DNA of 57,864 nucleotides, filler included, from Sluysia triapertura (Eukaryota): NCBI GenBank assembly GCA_046118255.1. It is 4 parts of 4 records of this genome, joined end to end, with 100 filler letters (N's around TTAATTAATTAA, not from the genome) between each part and the next. Parts side by side here need not be neighbours in the genome. Positions count along the whole stretch, not along the records: positions 45,743 to 57,864 come from JBJNIA010137395.1; 3 more parts are not named here. One strand, 5' to 3'. Shown piece by piece: positions 50,517 to 57,864 of this stretch (position 1 is its first letter; each line of letters starts with the position of its first letter). The notes under the pieces were generated by a model. It saw only the letters and a program-made list of their open reading frames with translations, ran no database searches and was not told where the DNA came from. The position numbers and the translations under genes were made by a program.

Positions 50517-51924
50517 ATAAGTTAACCATTTTTATTGTTTAAGTCACAAATAGTATTTTAAAAGAATTTTTTCATTTAACTCTTATTAAATAATTAACAA
50601 GTATTTTCTACATATGAAAGTTCTCGTAAACTGTTCATACGTAGATTAAAGTGCCGTCTGTTAACAACACTTGTTTTGTTACCTTTTGAAATTTATAAAT
50701 AATATGAATTTTATAATTTTATTTCAAGAATTTTATTCCAGCTATTTTACATTGACACTAATCATAAATTGCTTAATAAGTAATTAATATATTATTGTCT
50801 TTTTCGTCAAAGTTCTTGAAAATTTTAGAAAATATGAGAGTTTTAGAAACACCTTTCATATTTGTCAATTGCATTCTTATAATTAAATCTATTCAAAAAA
50901 TAATTAAAGTAATTTTCTTATTTTATTTTTAAGTGGATTATTTTAAAATTTTTAATTTCTGAACTTAGATTTCTTAATTTGAAATTGTTATACTTTTATT
51001 TTCAAAATTTTTTCTAGATTTGCCACGTTTTTGACACATGTTAAAGCATCTTTATTTTTGGAATTATTTGGAAACTTTATTTAGAATCCGATTAAATTTT
51101 TTCATTAAGCAAATGTTTTTTTTGATATTGCATGTTACAAAGAAGAATTGGTACTCATGAAGGATTTTCCTTTTTAACGTTATTTAAGAATAGCAACTAA
51201 AAAATTATGAGGAAAGTTCAACTGACTCTTTCGAACACTTTTTAATTTAATGTCAAATTTACTGTAATTAACCTTAAAAATCACTAAACAATAGCCCTTA
51301 TGATCAGATACTTAAGATTAAACTATGAAATTACTCGACTTATTACAAAAACAGTTAATTATTATTTAGTTTTTCGAAGTTAAATTTCGTATTGATGTTT
51401 TTAGAATATTATGATTTTGATAAATAGAAAGTATGATGCTGCTTATAGAAACTTGTGCATAAGAACTACTTATAACCATTATTACACAACACAACAAACA
51501 CAAACGAGAAAAACATAGTTGGTTCCATATCATTAAGATCTCACTGCACACATTATGATTATATTGTGTTGCGTAGAGTATTATAAATGCACGAATTATT
51601 ACTGTCAAAAACGGTTGGTATTTTTGTGGTAGTGAATTTTTATAACTTATATCTTAACCTAAGTGCTAGACGCTGACTCTAGTTGATAAATATTATTAGA
51701 TGTTGAAAGGAAATTAACGAATGTTTGACGTAATCGAGCTTAAGATGTAAAGATATTAAGTAAGGTTATGACTTAATTTTTAATTATTTAATATTTGGTT
51801 TGGTTTTTGAATATTTCAAAGTTGGATCACCACAATATCTAATTATGAATTTTAAAATAATTTTTTAACTTTGTTAAAAAATCAGTTTTAAATAAAATTA
51901 AGTTTATTAATTGATTATATGCAG

Positions 51925-53202
51925 GTTCTAGTTCTGTAACTCAATCACCGATTGCACAACTTAAATTTGGTGCAAATAGTGCTATATCTAATAGTAACAG
52001 TTCTAGTCTTATCACACCTAACAAAAACTCAGTTTCATTATCTCCAATGTCTATGACTCGTTTTGGTATAGTATCTCGACCATCCATTACTGCTTGCTTG
52101 GAATATGCGCGAAACAATAAGCGGTTAAATAACTCCAATGCAACTCAATCAAGTGTCACAGTTAATCTGGCAAGACGATTATTCAATCAAGCAGCAAATA
52201 ATCATTCTTATTTGTCTCCTCGAAAAACTCCTGGAAATACTCCATTTTCTTCAGAATTTGAAAAAACTCCTGATAAAGCATCAGTTTTCCAAATCTCAGG
52301 GTCCAAGAATAATGACAATACAACTATTGATACTGCTACAAGTTCTGAGGGTTTGTTATTCTCTGCCTTTAACTAATAGAGAGACTTATTAAAATAGTTT
52401 TATATTTCCATCAATTAATGTGTAAAATAACAATGTTTTATTTTAGTATTTGAAACACCGTCCTCATCTGTCTCTCATCCTTCTAAATATACACCAAATA
52501 AGCAAGAAGAACCGATTTCATTGATATTCGATGATATCAAAAAAGAACGTATGGAACCAACTATTCCAGAAGATCCGGAATCCGATATAGAGGATGTGGA
52601 ATCTAGGTCTTCTCGTGCTGAATATTCGATCAAACGTGAACCACGCAGTCGTCGATTGTCTAAATCTTTACTTCATAATAATAATAAAACTCTTTTCACA
52701 AAAATGAATAATTCAAATGAAAAGAATGATGAGGTTGATAGTGATGATGAAGATACTGCATCTGTTGAAACAACTCCTTCTAAACAAATTGATTCTGCAA
52801 CATCGAATCTAATCTCAGGAAATCCTATCATTTTATCAACAAAACGCGTACCAAAACCAGTTCGACATCCAGACTTTGAAATGGATTTCGATACTAGTTT
52901 TGTCGGTTCCAGTCGTTCTAGATATTATAGTTCAACAAAACATCAACCAAATAAAGTATCTAATGGAACTAAAAAAGCGACAGATTCGTCAAATAAATCA
53001 AATAATACAATAGCAGTAAAAACGGAGCCAGTGGCTGAATCTATTAATAGAAATGAAGTCAGTTATTTTTTTTGGAATTATAAAAATTGACGTTAATTAA
53101 TTTACTAAAATGTGTTTAATAAATTGATTAAATGACAATTAACTATACTATTTTTAGAAAGTAAAAGGTTCATTAATTAATCTTGCTGATGCAGTGATTT
53201 AA
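51925..53202 (+). CDS. Last three exons (51925-52350, 52447-53057, 53158-53202) of a Ser/Thr/Asn-rich, probably disordered protein
   Basis: Phase-consistent GT-AG junctions (…TSSE|VFETP…NRNE|KVKGSLINLADAVI*) with ~360 uninterrupted codons. Upstream exons not identified. Confidence 0.8.
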
Positions 53203-56200
53203 TCTTATATTTTATTATCGATGAATAGTATATTTTTGTTTAAAATTTCTTGCCCGCTTAACGTTTGACGAAAGTCAGATTTTAACGGGATAATTTATCC
53301 AAACAACCAATAACAAATTAACACATTATATTTAAAAAAAGACAAGATACTTAATATAACTGACTTCAGAAACAAAATGAATGTTAAAAATATTATTTTG
53401 CGAATTGGAATTGGTTCATCATGATAATAATACGATTGTCTTATAACACATTTTAGTAATAAAAATAATGGTTACAAGATGGCTGAACTCGTATATTGGT
53501 TGGTTTTTAGTCGTGAATAAAGTAATTGCGTAATAGCGTCTTAATGGATCAAATACATCGAAAAATATTTTTGTAATATTTAATTCTTTACTATATGGTG
53601 TATAATCTAATAATAAAATAATGATTTAATAAATTTGTATAGATCAGTTTCAACTATTAATGCTATATGTACATTGTTATCCGCTATATTATAGTGGTTA
53701 CGACTTCGATTTTTTGGCATTCAAAAGGCTCGCGTAAAACTTTTTAAATTCTTTTAATGTCGTGATTAGTCTCGTAACTTCTTAAAATTAGAAATGTTTA
53801 GATTACGCATCCAAGTGATGAATGTAATAGAAAAAGCCGTTTGAAATTGTTAGAATAATAATTTATACATAAGTTCAGTAATATAACATTGGAGAATAAA
53901 AGAGAACAAGAATCAGAATAACGAGAATGAAAACAATATCAACACAAAAAAATAAAAAATGCGAACAATAAGAAAATGACAGTAATAGAAAAAATATAAT
54001 AACAATAAGAGAGTAGTGATGATAAAGGCAGCGATAATAACTCTTTAGTTTTGTACATTTTAGATTAGTATACATAACTAAGTGGAAATTTAAGCGCATA
54101 TTATCATTGTTATGGTTGTTGATAACGAGTTATATTCAACATAGGTTGTTATAGCCATTTCTTAATGTGTTTGAAGTTATTTAGCTAGAAAATTACAGAA
54201 AGTGACGTATGTTAAAACATGTCACCGGTATTTTGATTGTTGTATGTAATTTGTTGTTTTTAATTGTTGTATTGGATTGGGTTGACATTTTGTTATTAAT
54301 TTGTTTTTGACTGTTGTGCATTAGGCTTGAGTTCACCACAATTATAAATCTGAAGACTTCAAACAAATGTCGCAAATATATACTGAAATTAATAAATAAT
54401 TAAGAATGTTTCTCATTAGGGAATGCATCATAAAAAGATGAGGTAAATTGGTTATGAAAATTAGTCATTTAACTAATAAATGAATGTTCATTTAATAATA
54501 TTTTGAACAATATACCAGATACAAAATTTTCATATTGACAGTGAAATCATAATTAACTAATTCAGTTAGACTTAAATTACATTATGCATTGTTAAACTCA
54601 TTTTCAAACTTGAGCAATATAAATCTCATAATTAATTTGAATTTATTATATCACAGATTATCAAATAAATTACATTTTTATAACCAAATTGTAAACAAAT
54701 TAAAATTCGTTTTTATAGACAGATTTGTACGTATTTTTGACCAAAATGTCAATATTGTTTATGCTGCAGTGAACAGAACGCAGTAAATCAATTATCATAT
54801 GGATAAGAGTATAGTCTTAAAATTTTAAAAATAAAATTTGCAAATTGGAAAAATCCGTAAATTAAATTTTGGTGCCGCCTTATAGTTAAGGATTTATTTT
54901 AACTATTGCCAAATTAAACTTTGTTATATGTTACATATTTTCTTTAAAAAGTAATTTAAGTGAACTTTAATTTAGGCTTAATTTTATTTCAAATGTGTTT
55001 AGATTATTAAAATATATTTTCTATTATATTAATTTTTACCTATTTAATCATATAATAACAATAATCATAATCACATTCGTTATTAATGACATTTCCTTAT
55101 TGTAGTTTAAGAAAATTAAATAGCATGAGTTTTTCCATCTAGTCGAAAAGTAGTGTTTGATCTGCGTTACTATGAATAAGAAAAGAAAACTAATCATTAA
55201 TAAATTTTTTATCATTTTATTTCAAGTATATTTCATGCATTGAACTTTTGACATTTTTTGTTTTAATACTTCCTTTTTACTCAATTATTTAACATATCCT
55301 CTTAATTTTTATACATCTGAGTTATGTGATTTTCTTTACCAAACACTTTTTCTTATAATGATATGATGTCGAATCATCATTATCTAAAAGTAATAATCTA
55401 ATAAGAAATCAACTCAACATTCGTCTGATCATTTCTAATATTAATTTAAAAGTATAAATAATAATATTTGGTAAATTATTGCATTTGTAAAAATTTTTAA
55501 CTTCAATTTAAGCTTTATAATTAACTTTCATCAAATTAAAGTACTAATTTGTACTTCTGACTTAATCTCGAATATAAAAACTTGCAATTTATAAATTCAC
55601 TACATCTTTATTGAAGTGAACATAAACATTTCAAATGAATAGCTTATGTTATTATTTCAGTTATTATAAAATAGTTAATATTACGATTATTATTATTTTT
55701 ATAACTATATGCTTAAAATAAAATGTGATAACTGTACCAAATAAACAGCATGGCAAACTTCATATAATATCAATTAACTTAAAAATTTATTTTAACATCG
55801 ATTCCACATAATTAATAAAGGCATTTCATTTTATACGTTTTTATATGTTCAGTTTCACCATGAAACAAGTAACCGAAATATTTGAGACAACTTCTTACGC
55901 TTCACTAACTTTTATTAGCTATCAATGAATGCACAATGGCGCATACTAGTATTTTATAATCAGTTTTAATTAGTACTGACACTTCTTGATAATACAATTA
56001 ATAATATATTCCTTGATCTTGATTATGATATCGGAATTCTCAGTATAAACATTTTTTGATATACCGCATTCGGTTTTTTAATAATGGTCAAATTGGATTT
56101 ATGAGTTGCTTTTAGATAAAACTTTTAAGCGATTTTTTTATTCATGGATCATAATCTATTGTATCATGGAAGCAATTTAAGTAAATATATAAAAATGAGT

Positions 56201-57791
56201 ACATAAACAATGAATTTAAACAATTTACAAAATTCACCATTATTAATTTTTGAATTAATTTAAAATTATATTTAACAATTACTATTTAAGCAATAAATTG
56301 TTACATACCTTTATTGAATCATGTTAATAAAAGTTCAAAATTATAAATTTAATTTCCGATAAATATAATAGTCCTAGTCATAGTGGACAAGATAATTTCA
56401 AAGTGTACATTATACATTGTGTTTCACAGATTATATTTTAAAAATAATTATAAATTTATATTTTTGCGTAAAATTTAATTAAACTGTATTATTGATTTGT
56501 ACAGGAATTTTTAGGCAAGAATGCTGTAACAGTGATTTCCCAATTTAAAAATATAAAAACCTGTCTTATAAATGCTTTCAAATATTGATTTTCTACAAAA
56601 TTTAAAACTAACTGAAATTTCCAAGAAATAAGGTCCTGCTCTATGATTAATCGACTTTAAGTAAATGGAATCTTTTTTAACCATCCATCTACCAAAAAGT
56701 AGGGATGATTTAAAATATGTACGTAAAATATTTTAAAAAGTTTTTGAAGAAAATTTAAATCAACCATATAAATTAACGCCTTGGTCTACTACATAAAAAG
56801 TCAGAAAGTCAAAACAATTTTTATGGAACATATTACTAGAAAATAACTATTGAAATTTGCACTCCGGACCAATGAACTCGACTGGTAGGCGAAAGGTTAA
56901 TTTGCAAATTTCGTTAGAATAATAGAAAGTAATTTCCAATAATGCAAAAATAAAAATTTTTTTCACAATTTTATTGTTTTATTATTTGTAATGTGTGCTC
57001 ATATATTGAAAATAAAATGTAGTGTTATATCCAATTCAGTTTTGTGTTTTGTACATGAAATTAATAGAAACCAATTTTCTAGATTTCAACCAACAAATTA
57101 TGATAGAAAATTATGGATTACAGTAATTTTAATGTATAAAATCAATAATATTTTAAATATTTTATTCTTAATTATATTATAAGTATCTAATAATGCAAAT
57201 ATTTACAGCAAATAATTGAGCGTATGTATAATGCTTTACAACAAATAAATGATATATGCCATTTATTAAATGGTTGTGAAAAAGGTTTCATTTGTTACTG
57301 TCCTATTGCAAAGGTAGATATATACATCAGCCTATTATGGCTATATTTGTAATATCGTTATTGATTTCCTGAATTATCATGTTGATTTTGTGGTTTGCAT
57401 TTCTAACAATTTATCACAAGTATACAAAGTCAACATGAATTATGTTCATTTCTGTTCGTTTTTAAATGTTATTTTGTTTATTTCAAGTTTCATTTTTTAT
57501 TTATTTGTTTTACTTTATATTGTCAATAGCATATATTGTACAAAACTTTTGAATTTTAAATTTAGGTTTTGTAATTTAATTCAAGAATGTTATTTAAATA
57601 ACAAAATTTTTGTACAAAATAGAAATTTCAACGCTTATGATACAATACATAATAAAATCCATTTTTATTAAATTTTATTTTTTCATAAACTTGATTTTAC
57701 ATCTTTTTAAATTTTAAGATTTATCGTAGCATTTTCTGAATTTAAAAAATTAATTCTTATTTTTTAAATAAGTAATAAAAAAAGAATATAA

Positions 57792-57830
57792 TACTCCCTC
57801 TGTCCGAAAATAAGAGTCCCATTTCTAAAT
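57792..57830 (+). mobile_element. Left TIR of a Tc1/mariner-type MITE or transposon, Stowaway-like
   Basis: TA|CTCCCTCTGTCCGAAAATAAGAGTCCCATTT matches the Stowaway consensus TA-CTCCCTCCGTCC.AAAATA. The other end is outside the window. Confidence 0.65.
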
Positions 57831-57864
57831 ATTAGGTTTTTTTATTGATTTAAATGGTATGAAG

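Noticed and set aside
51366-51608. Signal-peptide-like MIWNQLCFSRLCLLCCVIMVISSSYAQ on the minus strand
   Set aside because: No convincing donor site or downstream exon found.

Overview
Very AT-rich, repeat-dense animal genomic DNA in four pieces joined by artificial spacers (44 N + TTAATTAATTAA + 44 N at 11837-11936, 26184-26283 and 45643-45742), so order across the spacers is unsupported. Apparently intact host genes: the last four exons of a sideroflexin (-, 14095-17453), a single-exon secreted 8-Cys peptide (+, 13274-13468), a Ser/Thr/Asn-rich gene 3' end (+, 51925-53202) and two small models with 33-41 nt introns near the start. Most of the rest is a mosaic of three things. (1) TE relics: four L2-type LINE 3' ends, Gypsy gag, mariner, Tc1, and a Stowaway-like TIR. 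(2) Isolated host-gene fragments: single spliceable exons resembling DAPK (ROC), DNAAF5 and beta-PIX (PH), plus decayed PHGDH, TRIM and C2H2 zinc-finger pieces. (3) Several long, intronless, decaying orphan ORFs that may be endogenous large-DNA-virus or giant-element cargo. The most striking pattern is that two copies of one orphan ORF each break off just before a different co-oriented host exon, which suggests a gene-capturing element family. Also present are a ~158 bp TGTT...AACA element with an embedded tRNA-Cys-like Pol III unit and a family of C/A-rich termini starting TGT(A/G)GTGG. All homology calls are by eye; no searches were run.
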